From NCBI RefSeq assembly GCF_030684315.1, contig NC_081370.1, positions 10,237,148-10,301,147 of the forward strand: a stretch of 64,000 bases of DNA, in the 5' to 3' direction. Position 1 is the stretch's first letter. Every line of letters starts with the position of its first letter. The notes under the pieces were generated by a model. That model searched no databases. It worked only from the letters and a program-made list of their open reading frames with translations, and was not told where the DNA came from. Positions 14,238 to 26,843 of this stretch are shown here, in pieces. Position numbers and translations under genes: made by a program. The DNA is from Stegostoma tigrinum. Lineage: Eukaryota.

Positions 14238-14914
14238 AATTCATTGACCTTGTCCACATGTGAAATAATTGAACTTCCATCAGTCTGCTACCTCTTGGCC
14301 CTTATCCCTCAAAACCTCTCCTATGCATGTGCCAGTCCAAATATCTTTTAAATGTTGTAATTGTACCTGCCTCTGCCATTTCCTCTGGCAGCTAGTTAGG
14401 TATGCACTTTGCATGAAAAAGTTGCCCCTCAAGTCCCAATTAAACTTTTCCCCTCCCAATTAAACCCATGTCCTCTTGTTTTGGACTCCCCTAACTTTGG
14501 GAAAAGACCTTGGCAATTCAGCTTATCTGTGCCCTTCATGATTTAATAAACCTCTGTAAGGTCACCCCTCAGCCTCCTATAGTCTAGGGAAAAGAATCCC
14601 AGCCTATCCAGCTGCTCACTATAACACAAACAAGTAGGTCCTTTCAATTTGCATTGTGGGATAAGTTCATGCACAGTTCTGAAGTGTCAATAAAATATTG
14701 AAACCTGTAATTCATTTTTAATTTATTTGTAACAATGAAGAACAATCATTGGCTTCTATGAAGGGCAAATGATTGCAGAAACAGATTATTATCCAAACGA
14801 TGAAAGCAGTAATATCCCTCAGAATGCTTTTGTGTGCAGCATTTGGTGAAATTCTCATACATTATTTTGTCTTTTTAAAATGTCTTTTTCTGTACTGACA
14901 TTTTTTCCCTTCAG

Positions 14915-15047
14915 AGGTGTAAATTTGAAACTTGCAACTATGAGAAAAGCCAAGATTTTATGTGCAATTCTCTTGGAGTGTATGCTCGTGCTTGTGCCAT
15001 AAAAGGCCTAATATTGACAAACTGGAGAAATGCTGTGGATGAATGCA
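14915..15047 (+). CDS. MUC6: Mucin-6-like exon 2 (C8 domain)
   Basis: Polypyrimidine tract + cAG, donor GTAAGT. RCKFETCNYEKSQDFMCNSLGVYARACAIKGLILTNWRNAVDEC, resembling MUC6 RCVYQACNYEE...GWRSSVDNC. Phase 0 to 1. Confidence 0.92.
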
Positions 15048-16201
15048 GTAAGTGTTCACTAGCCACTATTTTATTCTGGCTTCAAACTCTTACGAGTACT
15101 CATAATTGTTCTTTGTATTCTTTGCATGTGAGTACTGCGGGCAAGGTCAAGATTTCCTGCTCCTCCCTAATTGCCCTTGATTAAATAGTGGTATCCAACT
15201 TCTTGAATTGCTACAATTCATGTAGTGTGTACAAACTCACAATTACATTAGGGAGGGACTTGCAGATATTTTGATAGTGAAAGAACAGTGATCTAGTCTA
15301 AATGAGGACAGTGTGCAACTTAGAAGGGAACATGTAGATATTGCTGTTCTCAAACATTTGTTACCCTTCTCTTTGGTTTTAGAGGCTGCAGGTTTGCAAA
15401 GTACTGTTCAAGAGGCCCTGGCGAGTTGCTGCTGTATATCTAGTACATTGCTGCACTATATGGCACTTATAAAACAGATGAATTTATAAAGTGGTGGATT
15501 GGGTTGGGAGTTAAGCAACCTGGTTTGAGTTGGATGCTATCAAACTTCTTAAATGCGGTCAAGCAAGTACTGGTTAAATTTCTTAGTTGAGGTTCACCTG
15601 AATAGCTTATGCCTAACAAACCAGTTTAAGAGTCACATTCCTATTTTGTTGTTGATAACTATAGCATGAAACATTACAGCCAGTTGTATCCAAGTTAGAC
15701 CGGCAGTTGAAAATCTGACTTTAACCCAAAAGAGACATATCCAAAGGGCAACAGTATTCACCATTTTGGATTACAGCCAATTGAGCATAGAAAGTGGAGA
15801 CAGACGTTTGATATTTTCTGCACATTTAAACATTCTGAGGTAAATTTACAAGGAGGTTAGGAGATTTTAGGCAAAGCCAGAACACCTTTCAAGCCGGATT
15901 TTGCATCATTTCGCTGTTGTGCTGTCCATGTTGTAGACCTGTGAACCAGACTGTCAAGATTTTTTGATGTTGGAGTTTCATACGTCCCTGAAGTCAGATT
16001 TAGAGCTAACATTCTTTCAGCAATGTGCAACCAAAAACCGTTTCTCGTTGTAACGAAACTGTTTTTAGATGTTTTTGCATTGCTTGAAATTCCTTAGATA
16101 TGTTTTATAATTCTCAAGTTGTCATGTAACCAATCAAAAAAGTTTTTTTTGTGTTGTGCTGTACCTTAGTCTAGTTCATAAACTGTGTTTTCTGCTTTCA
16201 G

Positions 16202-16451
16202 AAATTTCTTGCCGTGGCCTTCAAGTTTACAGTTATGATTCCAAAGCGTGCAACCGCACCTGCTTTTCATTGTCGAATTCAATGTTTGAATGCACTGAGA
16301 GTGGAGTTCCTGTAGAAGGATGCAATTGCCCACAGGATACTTTCCTGGATAATACCAGTACTTGTGTGAAGGCATCCAGCTGTCCATGTTTTTTGCAAGA
16401 TGGTACAATTATACCTGCTGACAAAAGTGTTAACATTTTTGAGCAACTATG
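16202..16451 (+). CDS. MUC6: Mucin-6-like exon 3 (TIL domain)
   Basis: tttcAG / GTGAGT. ISCRGLQVYSYDSKACNRTCFSLSNSMFECTESGVPVEGCNCPQDTFLDNTSTCVKASSCPCFLQDG...; TIL cysteine pattern. Phase 1 to 2. Confidence 0.93.
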
Positions 16452-16699
16452 GTGAGTTGAATAATTAATATAGTTTGCTTGGTTCAAGGAACAACCGTTA
16501 AAATGTGAATCTTCTTGACTTATCAAACAGGTACAAATGTAATTGAGCCATTGTGAGCAAATTAAGCAGCTAATAGCCATCATAAATTAGGACCTTGACC
16601 TGTTGCTCTGTTGTTCTGCACATGAGGTGGCTTATGAAATATTCCCCAGTTACCTTTCTATTGCATCAAAAAAGTAATTTTGTAGTATATAGCTTGAGT

Positions 16700-17368
16700 A
16701 TTGCTGAAAAAGACATGTTGTCAAAATGTTTTGTCTTGCACTGATCAGGACTTATGCAAGAATTTAAGGGGGTCAGTGTTTTATGTTCTGTGAAAAGAGA
16801 GTGGTCAGTAGACTCTGACATTGCTCAGTGAAATGAACCAGCGAATGACTGTCACTTGTTTTCTTAAATGGAAGCTTAGGTAATGTGTGTACATGTTCTT
16901 TCTGTCTGTGAAGAACAAGACCCTGTGTTTTAATATTTGTAGCTACGAGTAAGTTCAGGTGCATCACACTACGAGCTCAACTACTCATGATCATTTTGTA
17001 AACGTCCAATCGAGGAATCTCATTTGATGTCAGACACTGTGTTATATATTTTGACTGTACAGATTGGTTTTATACACTTAGAACTTTGCCTGTTGCAAGT
17101 ATCTGAAGATGTTCTGTTCGTCAAACAAATCAGTAAACCTGGTCGAGATAGTAGGAACTGCAGATGCTGGAGGATCTGAGATAACAAGTTGTAGAGCTGG
17201 AGGAACACAGCAGGTGAAACAGCATCAGAGGAGCAGGAAGGCTAAAGCACAGTCAGCAGTCTGTTCACATGTGATATAAAACTTTCCCCTTTACATTAGC
17301 AGTTGTATGAATGTCTTGATGAGTAAAAGGTGAGAAACTTTGACAAAATGTGCTCCTTTTTCAGCAAT
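16700..17368 (-). mobile_element. Old Penelope-like relic with inverted terminal segments
   Basis: Inverted similarity between 16700-16751 and 17313-17368. Internal minus-strand peptide HLNLLVATNIKTQGLVLHRQKEHVHTL resembles GIY-YIG C-termini. Confidence 0.55.
17145..17243 (-). mobile_element. Single Penelope-terminus copy without ribozyme core
   Basis: Family homology stops at GGAAGGCT (17243). Confidence 0.8.
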
Positions 17369-19149
17369 GGATTAAAGAGTTTGAAAGATATTAGTCATTT
17401 TTATCAATAATGATCTAAAGTGATTATTTTTGGTGCAACAAGGAGAGATGATTTTCATGTATTTACCACTTCATGAGTTTCTGTGATGGGATACGCAGCC
17501 TATTGAAAAGCTTGAAACACTTATGAGAACCCGAAAGGAGCAGACTTGGGTTGTCATATTGGATTGTCCTTCTTGTTGCCAAGTATAACCACCAATGACC
17601 AGAAAGTGATTTTTCAGTGAATTTCTGCAGAGAGAGAAATCTATTTCTTTTCCCTTTTACCAAAAACGTGTGCTTAGGATTGTTTAAAGGGATAAACATT
17701 TACGTTTTCACATTATATGTTTTGTTTGGTTTGACCAACTATGTATTCTCATTGGATGAGTTTTATTTTATAATGAATAAATAATGCTGTATTTTTTTAA
17801 AAAGCTTGGTTGAAATTGTGCATTATACCTTGGAGTAGCTAGCAGGACTCTGCACCACAGGCATTGAATCACAGTTAATACAATGGTGGAGATTGAGTGG
17901 ACAGTCGAAAAATTGAATCTGGTTCTGACGGTGAGGAATGCTGAAGCAGCTGCAGCTCTCGGTGAGGCTTTACAGGGTGAATCTCAGAGACAAAGTGGTA
18001 GCCAGGATGCAGTGTCCAGTGAGATCTCCGTTAACATAGCTGAAGCCGTTCACCTTATCCTTTCACAGGCACTCTGACTGCCACTGGGTAAAGACCACAT
18101 CAGGTTTGGGTAAGACTAGAAGTATTCAACAACCAGTGGCCAAGGGCTGGATTGAGATTACAAGTGATCATGGTAATCTGGGCTTCAATGAAATGGAGCA
18201 GGTAAAATTTGTAATGAAATATCTATGTGAGAAAGCTTGTTGAAAAATACTGGGTGGAGGAACAAATATTCAAAGAAATCAACAGAGAATCTTTGAGGTT
18301 CTGGGAAGGGTGTTTAGGGACAGTGTCAGTCTGTCCCAGCTGCAATACAGTTTTGATGACTATTTGCAAGTCAAAGGGAAGGATCTGGTCTTTGCTTCCC
18401 TGGAACTGATGAAGTTAATCAGTCCTCTAAACTTGAATCTTTCCTGCCCACCATCCAGGTACATACTGCAGAAAATTTGTCTATCCAAATCAGTGAGTGA
18501 TTAAGATATCTGAATGGAGATGAGGAGGGTCAACAGTATCAAACCATGGTGGTCTTTCTATGATGCATTGATTATATCATTAAGATCAGTGGGAAAAGGT
18601 GCACTTCTAAGATGAGGAAAGAGCCCACCATCAGGGAGATGACTGTAGATGTAGATCAAATGTTGATCTTAGTCTGAAGAGACAGGCAAAACGGATTGCA
18701 TTGCAATTGCAGATCCATGTCTTGCTGCCCTATTGTGACAGTAAAATCAAGCCTGAGCCTGCAAGAGGAATACCCCAAAAATATTCTGCAAACGGAATGG
18801 GACTGGGTACTTCAAAAGAGGCTGTCTTCAGCAACACAAGCACTACTGATTATAGGGAGTGATCCCCATACGTTGCACCTCAATTTCTGTCCCCTCACAA
18901 GCCTGGCAAGAGTAATGGAAACACTGAGCCAGCCACAGGCTTTTAACAAATGAAAGGATTCACATCCCAAGTCTTTTTGGAATGTGGGTAGGAAATCATC
19001 AAAGACTCACCAGTGCACTTATGAGGGTACTCCAAATCTGATCCAGAGGGTTAGAGTGCATATAGGTTCACCTTTGCATTCCATCTCATTAGAGGACCTC
19101 ATGCACTTCATTTGGTTGCTGAGTACATTGGGAGATTTCACAACCAATT

Positions 19150-19895
19150 CTACATAAAAGAAAAGAGTCCAGTCTGGCATGTACATTTCTGTCATGCTGA
19201 AAACCCCTGTCTACATTAACAGAGCTGAGGTGGAGGGGTTCAAGAACGATGATAACCAGCGATCTGTCTGGACCACCCACGTATATGTGACGGTCAACAA
19301 GGCACAACAACACATCTTCTTCCTCAGGAGGCTTAAGAAATTCAGCATCCCCATAAGGACGCTCACCAACTTTTGCAGATGTACCATAGAAAACATTTTA
19401 TCTGGGTGCATAATGGCTTGGTTTGGCAACTTCTCTCCCCAGGACTGTAAGAAAGTACAGAAAGTTGTATGTACAGCTCAGACCATCACGGAAGCCAACC
19501 TCCCATCCATGGACTCAATTTACACTTCTTGTTGCTGCAGAAAAGCTGCCAACATCATCAAAGATCCCACCCACCACAGTACTCCTCTCTTCCGACCTCT
19601 TCTGTTGGGCAGAAGATACAGAAGCTTGAACTCACAGCGACGGGTTCAAGAACATCTTTGTCCTTGCTGTTATTAAACTGCTGAATGGGCTGCTTTAACT
19701 TTAATCTAATGTTGATGTTGCATTTGTGCACATCTTGTGCAGTCATAACGTTGTATGCCTCGCCGTGCCTAAGCACGCCTTGATCTGTATGTCCTTGTTT
19801 GTTACAATCTGCCTGCACTGCATTCAAATCAAAACTTGTCTCTGTACTTAGGTACATGTGATGACAATAAATCAAATTATATCAAATCAAATCGA
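19150..19895 (+). mobile_element. Rex1/Babar-like LINE 3' end
   Basis: KAQQHIFFLRRLKKF...TLTNFCRCTIENILSGCIMAWFGN...ANIIKDPTH; AATAAA followed by (ATCAA)n tail. A related scrap lies at about 2330-2425. Confidence 0.8.
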
Positions 19896-20099
19896 AAGAG
19901 GATCAAGCAGAAAGATGGCAATCATTTATGGCTGATCCATGACACCAAGAAGGAGGCAACTCATTCTTCCTGGCAGTTTCAAGCTTCACATGTTGGAAAC
20001 CATCCACAAATAAGGTGGATCATCAAGTATTGGAGAAGGCAACTGCATCTACATGAATGTGGTGTTAGTGTGAAGGATGATTGCTGATATTGCCAAATG

Positions 20100-23000
20100 T
20101 TACAATTAAAAACAAAATAAGTCATAGTGAGGAGGATGGTTATAAAGGGAACAAAGAGATGGCAAATGAATTAAATATGTAGAGATAGCAAGAACTACAG
20201 ATGGTGGAGTCAAAGACAACAAAGTGTGGAAGTGGAGGAACATAGCAGGCCAGGTAGCATCACATTTTGGCTTGGGAACCTTCTTCGAAAAGAAAAGTAC
20301 AGAAAGTTGTGTGTACAGCCCACCCGAAACATCAGCTTTCCTGTTCCTCTGATGCTGCCTGACCTGCTGTGTTCCTCCAGCTCCACACTGTGTTATCTCA
20401 ATTAAATATGTAGTTTGGTTCTGTCTTCACAAAGGAGGATACAAGTAATATCTCAAAAAATGTTGGGGAATGCAGGGTCTAGTGAGAAGGAGGAACTGAA
20501 AAATCAGTATTAGGGAAACAGTTTCGAGGAAATTGATGGGATTAAAGACTGATAATCGACACCTCAGAGTACTTAAAAAAATAGTGGATGCATTGATGGT
20601 GATTTTTCAAGATTCTATAGACTCTGGAACTGTTCCAATGGATTGGAGATTTACTAATGTGACCCCACTATTTAAAAGAGGTGGTAGATGGAACATTGTG
20701 ACTTATAGACTATTGCTCGTGCGAAAAATGCTACAGTCCAGAATAAAAGATTTAATAGCAGAGTACTTAGAAAACTGAGACAAGACCAGACAGAGTCAGC
20801 ATGGATTTACAATAGGACAGCTGTGCTTGACAAGTCGACTGGAATTTATTGAGGATATGACTAGTAGATATTGATAAGGGTGAGCCAGAAGATGTGTTTA
20901 CTTAGACTTACAGAAAACCTTCAATATGGTCGTATAAAAGAGGTTGAAAATAGTATGCTGATAGGAAACAAAGAGTAGAAATAAATAGGGCATTTTCCAA
21001 GTGACTGCCAGTGACTAGTGGGTTATCATAAGGGTTAGTGCTTGTACCCCAGGTATGCATTAATAATATACATTAATAATTCAAATGAGGGAACCAAATG
21101 TAATCCCTCCAGGTTTGAGTGGAAGGGTGAACTCTGAGGAGTGATTTGAACAAGTTGGTTGAGTGGGCAAATACATGGCGGATGAAGCATAATGTGGATA
21201 TATGTGGGTTTATCCACTTTGGTAGCAAAACCAGTGCAGAGATTTGGTTTTCAATCAGTAATTTTCTAATTTTGTGGTGGTTCAAATCACTCCCAGACCC
21301 CTGGTTATAGACACTGGACTTATTTAGGGAATGTGAAGCAAAGCAGGCAGTAACCAAGTGCTTCAGGGCAAAAAATCTGTGTTTATTTAAAAATATAAAA
21401 GGTAAGTATAAAGAAGAAATACAGGAAATACAGGTAAATGCAATAGACAGGGAAATTGATACAATCAACAATACCGACGAGAGTAATACCGACGATTAGC
21501 CAGATCAAATACTATTAGACCTTAAAAACAATGGTTTTAATTACAGAAACTTTAATCAAGCTTCCTATTCTTGGGATCCCAATACACTGTAACCACCTGT
21601 CTTCCCCTCCCAGCTAGCTAAGTCAGAACTTTGGGGTCTGGGGAGTTTCAGTTCAACACTCAGGAAAACGTGGTCTTGAAATGTGTCTGGCTGTTCCTGC
21701 TCACCACACCAAGAGCCTGGATGAAGACTGCATAGGCTTTTCGCTTGGGTTTAATCCGCTGATACAGTAAGATACGTAGTGAATATATAAAGTAAGTGCT
21801 TAGTTTTCTTTACTTTCTGCTGGTTTTGAGGGTCCGGTTTTCACCTCAGAATGTGTCTAAGGCTTTGTGGTGTTGGTCGGATCATTTGGTTTTCAGAGTT
21901 TGTCAGTTCTTGGATCTACTGGTTGTCTGCTGTGTTTCCCCTGGTTCTGAATGGGTCCGTGTCTCATAGCTCTTACTTGGAAGCTCTCAGAACATTCTTG
22001 GACTGTTCTTGGGAATCACTATTGGAATCCCTCTTGGAAATAGCCATTGGAATTAGCTATTGGGATTATCCTTGAAAAATAGCTGCTGGAATTGCTGTTG
22101 GAATTTCTCGCCAAAAATAGCTGCTGGAATTGCTGTTTTAAGTGAGATTGGGTTCTCCATTTATACTGATTGTGGCCCCTTATTTTCGTGCCAAATCTGT
22201 GTCCCTCCGAAATCAATTGTTTTCCTGATCACTGTTTGTAGGCCCCACACTGTCTGTGCTTATAACTTGAGGTGTAAAAGCTATCTTGGGTAGAGTCTTG
22301 TTAGTATCAGTTGATTGTTCTTTTAGAGTGGAGGTGTAAAATGGAATTTCAGGTTGAACTATAGTCCCAGTCAGAAATCCCCATTCTGTTGGCTCTGTTC
22401 TGTTTTTGCTGCAGCTTCAGCCCAGAGTTTTTGCCTGGTATTTTAGATGACTGGGCAAGTTTAGGATCTTGTCCAGCATTTAAGACGATGACGATTTTTG
22501 CTTGATCTTATGGCAGGTAGGTAGATTATTATCTAAAAGGAAATAATTTGGAAAGTAGGAGGTGCAACGAGATCTCAGAATCCTTGTGTACCTTGTATAC
22601 CAGTAATTGAAGGTACACATGCAGGTGCAGCAGCTGGTAAAGAAGGCAAATGGTATATAGGTCTTTTTACGACAGGATTTGACTACAAGAGCAGGGATGA
22701 CTTGCCGAAATTATACCAGACCTTGGTGAGTGTTGAGTGCTTTTTTGGTCTCCTTATCTGAGGAAGGATGTTCTGGTTATGGGGGTAGTTGAACAAAGCT
22801 TTACCAGACTGAATCCTGGGATGTGACGGACGTATTGAGAGACTGGATTAGTTAGGTCTGTATTTGCTAGTGTTAGAAGAACAGTATGTATAGGTGGGAG
22901 GTACAATCTCATTGAAATCTATAAAATTTCAACAGGACAAGACTGGGTAAATGCTGGAAGAATGTTCCGGAACAAGGTGACATAGTTTAAGAATACAGGC

Positions 23001-23255
23001 TAGGTTATGTAGGGTTAAAATAAGAGGAAATTTCTTCACCTGGATAGTGTGATCCAGTGGAATTCTCTGCCACAGAAGGTGGTTGAGGCCAAAACATTGA
23101 ATGTTTTCAAGAAGGGGATAGATATAGATCTTAGGGCTAATGGGATCAACATCTATGCAGCAAGACCCTGACCAGGATATTGAACCAAATGATCAGTCAT
23201 GTCTATATTGAATGGGGGAGCAGGCTTGAAAGGCCAAATGTCCTACTCCTGTTTT
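20100..23255 (+). mobile_element. CR1 LINE ORF2/3' end with two nested insertions
   Basis: GTVPMDWRFTNVTPLFKRG; SQHGF; CR1-type 3' UTR near 23180-23255. Confidence 0.8.
20183..20399. mobile_element. Penelope-terminus fold-back mini-element (diverged) with foreign spacer
   Basis: Inverted arms. TSD AATTAAATATGTAG at 20169-20182 and 20400-20413. Inserted in a CR1. Confidence 0.85.
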
Positions 23256-24159
23256 TTTTGTACATTAATCACTGGTGTAGTGTCCTAGATGATTGCAGAG
23301 GAGCAGGGAATTTGGGTATCTCTCTTTTCATGGGGTTCTTAGGTGATCCAAACTTCTAACTGTCTTCACATAACTGACTAACTTGTCCTAGGTCACTATT
23401 GTACACACTCAATGTGCTACAGATTGATGGCTGGATCTTCTCCCTCTGATTAGAGTTTTTGATTACAGACATGACGACTTTCAGAAGGAGATTTGCTTGA
23501 TACTAATTCTTTGTTGAAATTCTTTTAATTCTTTGTTTATCTGCTCCCTACAAAGCCCTTGTTATACCCTCCTCTAATTCCCTGAGCAGGCCTTTTGTCC
23601 TAAGAACTAGCTCAGTTCTTTTTTTTGAGGCATAGGAGCAGGCAACTAAGAGAATCTATTTGAAAATGTCAGTCTCTAACTTTGAGTGTGAGATTCTAAA
23701 CATTTCCTGTTCTGGCATGTGGACAACATTAGAAATCATCCATTATCATGCCTAGTTCTTCCCTCAAGGCCTTAACCTGAACTACTGGTAGGGGTGTGTG
23801 CATAGCTGTGAACTTTTTAATCATAGCAGGACAGTGTTCTCTCCTCACTTTCCACTTGCTCAGTTTTCTTTATGGTTCGTGTAACTGTACACTCAGTTGT
23901 GCAAGAAAGGCGAGGCAAGGGAGTACTTGTTTTCTGTTGCAATAGCTCAACAAAGCCCACGATCACCCAAGAAACTATCCTTACACTAGCTTTCCCAATG
24001 CATATTAAGGTTACTTATTCTCCTCGGAGAAAAGGCATGGCTCATTGCTGGCTAGTTTATGTCTATTTGGTTATGGCTATCCACTGAATATCGTCAGCTT
24101 CTGGATCGGGAAGACTTCTTGTCAAATTAATTCCCTCATTCTCCCCTCAACCTTGCCTT

Positions 24160-25935
24160 TTCTGCTCATCTTTCAGTGCTTTATTCCAAAATCTATCTGT
24201 TTATTTTTACAGCCATTCCTTTAGGATAGCTATGAACAAGCTATGATAAGCCATGAACTTGTGGCAAGGTACTAAATTGGGGGAGGGAAAATTTATGTCA
24301 ATATTAGGCAAGAGCCAAGGATTGTTAATCAGGAGGAGCTGTTATCAGACATGTCCACTTTTGACGCATGGGGATTGTTTAAAGACTGCTGATGAGAGTT
24401 CAGGACCGACATGTTCAAGTAAGGAGGAAGGACAAGGATAGCAGGGTGAGGGACCCTTGGATAACGGGGGGTGGTTGTGAATTTAGTCAGAAAGAGAAAG
24501 AGGGTTTAGGAAGCTAATATCAGTCAGGGCCTGTGAGGAATACAAAGAAAGCAGGAAAGAACTCAAACAGGGAATTAGGAGAGCAAGGAGAGCCATGAAA
24601 TGAAATTTGCAAGTAGGGTTAAAGAGAATCCAAAGCATTCTATACATACGTTAAAAACAAGAAGATAGCTGGGGAGAAGGCATGACCACTCAAGGATGAA
24701 GGAGGCAGAGGATGTCAGTGAGATCCTAAGTGAGTACCTTGTGTCACCCAGGAGAAGGATATGGAGGATAGTGCAATTTGTGTGGAGCCTGCTAATATGC
24801 CACAACATTTTGAGATCAAGAAAGAAGTGGTGTTGGGTTTCTTGAAGAGCATTAAGGTGGATGAGTCCCCAGACTTGATGGTATCTATCCCAAGTTATTG
24901 AGAGAGCCAAGAGAGAAGATTGCTGGTGCCTTGACCAAGATCTTTGTGTCTTCATTAGCCACTGGAGAGGCCTCGGAAGACTGGCGAGTAGCTAATGTTG
25001 TTCTGTATTCAAGAAAAGAAATCGGGTTAATCCAGAGAAGTATAGATCAGTGAGTCTTGCATTAGTGGTTTTAGATTTAGATTATATTCCCTACAGTGTG
25101 GAAACAGGCCCTTCAGCCCAACAAGTCCACACTGCCCCTTGGAGCATCCCATCCCCTTATAATCTTCACATCCCAGAACACTATGGGCAATTTAGCATGG
25201 CCAATCCACCTAGCCTGCACATCCTCGGACTGTGGGAGGAAACTGGAGCACCTGGAGGAAACCCACGCAGACACGGGGAGAATGTGCAAACTCCACACAA
25301 ACAGTTACCCGAGGCTGGAATCAAACCTGGGTCCCTGGTGCTGTGAGGTTGCAGCACTAACCACTGAGCCACTGTGCCGCCCGGGAAGCAATTGAAGAGA
25401 ATTCTGAGGGATAGGACTTACGTGCATTTGGGAAAGCATGGCCTTATTAGGGACAGTCAGCATGACTTTGTGCAGGACAGGTCATATCTTATTGACTTGA
25501 TTGAATTTTTTGAGGAGGCAACAAAGGTGGTTGATGAGGGTAGAGCAGTGGATGTTGTCTGCATGGATTTAGTAGTTTGACAAAGTCCCTCATGGTAGGC
25601 TTATTCTTAAGAATAAGACGCATGGTTTCACAGTGACTTGTCAAAGTGGATTCAGAATTTGTTTGCTCACAGAAGGCTGACAATAGTGATGGAAGGCAGG
25701 TCTATGACCAGGAGTGTCCTGCATAAGCTGCTGTTTGTGATGTATATAAATGACTTGGATGAAAATGCTGATGGGTGGGTTAGTAAGTTTGCAGATGATA
25801 CAAAGATCATCTTTGGATAGTGTAGAAGGTTGCCAAAAGATACAGTGGGATGTAGATCAGTTGCAAACATGGGCAGAGAAATGGTAGGTGGAGTTTAATC
25901 TGTGTAAGTGTGAGGTGCTGCACTTTGGGGGATCA
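24160..25935 (+). mobile_element. CR1 LINE ORF2 fragment with SINE insertion
   Basis: GLIRDSQHDFVQDRS, DEGRAVDVV, YINDLDENADGWVSKFADDTK. Confidence 0.85.
25070..25382 (-). mobile_element. HE1-like V-SINE
   Basis: Same head, central domain and tail as 5924-6231. Confidence 0.88.
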
Positions 25936-25936
25936 A

Positions 25937-26294
25937 ATCATAGAATCCCTCGGTTGTGGGAACAGGCCATTTGGCCGAACAAGTTCATACCACCCCGCCA
26001 ATCAGCATTCCACCCAGGCCCATTCCCCTACCCTTTCCCAGAAACCCTGCATTTCCCATGTCTAATCCACCTTAATATATACACCCCTGGTCACTACAGG
26101 CAATTTAGCATGGCCAATCTGCCTAACCTGCATATCTTTGGACTGTGGGAGGAAACTGGAGCACCTGGAGGAAATCCACGCAGACAAAGGGAGAATATGC
26201 AAACTCCATACAGACAGTCACCCGAGGGTGGAATTGAACCCGGGTCCCTGGTGCTGTGAGGCAGCAGTGCTAACCACTGAGCCAATGTGCCACC
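25937..26294 (-). mobile_element. HE1-like V-SINE
   Basis: Same head and central domain. Confidence 0.85.
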
Positions 26295-26341
26295 CTGAAA
26301 GTGAGACTTTCCAAGGCTCGCCACTTACTTCACCAGGAAGA

Positions 26342-26414
26342 AGGCTACACCTAGATTTGAACTCGGATAACAGAGTTCAGATACCAGCGCGCTCAGCACT
26401 ACACCATGGTAACC
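26342..26414 (-). pseudogene. tRNA-Gln(CTG)-derived pseudo-tRNA or SINE head
   Basis: GGTTACCATGGTGTAGTGCTGAGCGCGCTGGTATCTGAACTCTGTTATCCGAGTTCAAATCTAGGTGTAGCCT aligns end to end with vertebrate tRNA-Gln-CTG as recalled. The anticodon stem is broken. Confidence 0.65.
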
Positions 26415-26559
26415 AGAGCCAAGTTACATAGTCACCATTAGGATAGCCTTTTATTTCCATTTCTTTACTGAATTCAAATTTCGCCATCTTTTGTGGGATT
26501 TGAACTCGGGTCTCCCGAACATTTGCCTGTCCAGTGCCATTACCACTATGCCACTGCCT

Positions 26560-26843
26560 TTCTAAAGAGCATCGCACCAAGACCTATTCCCTTAACCCTG
26601 CATTTCCCATGTCTGACACACTCAACCTGAACATTCCTGGGCACAATGGGCAATTTAGCATGGCCAATCCACCTACCATACACATCTTTGGACTGTGGGA
26701 GGAAACTGGAGCACCCAGAGGAAACTGGCAGACACTGGGAGAATGTGCAAACTCCACACAGACAGTCGCCCGAGGGTGGAATTGAACGCGAGTCCCTGGT
26801 GCTGTGAGGCAGCAGTGCTAACCACTGAGCCACCATGCCGCCC
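26560..26843 (-). mobile_element. HE1-like V-SINE, tail truncated
   Basis: Same head and central domain. Confidence 0.85.

Noticed and set aside
19179-19676. 165-aa ORF as a host gene
   Set aside because: It matches the C-terminal region of a Rex/Babar-type LINE RT and is followed by a LINE-type tail.
26342-26414. Functional tRNA-Gln gene
   Set aside because: The anticodon stem does not pair, the D-loop GG is lost and there is no downstream T-run terminator.
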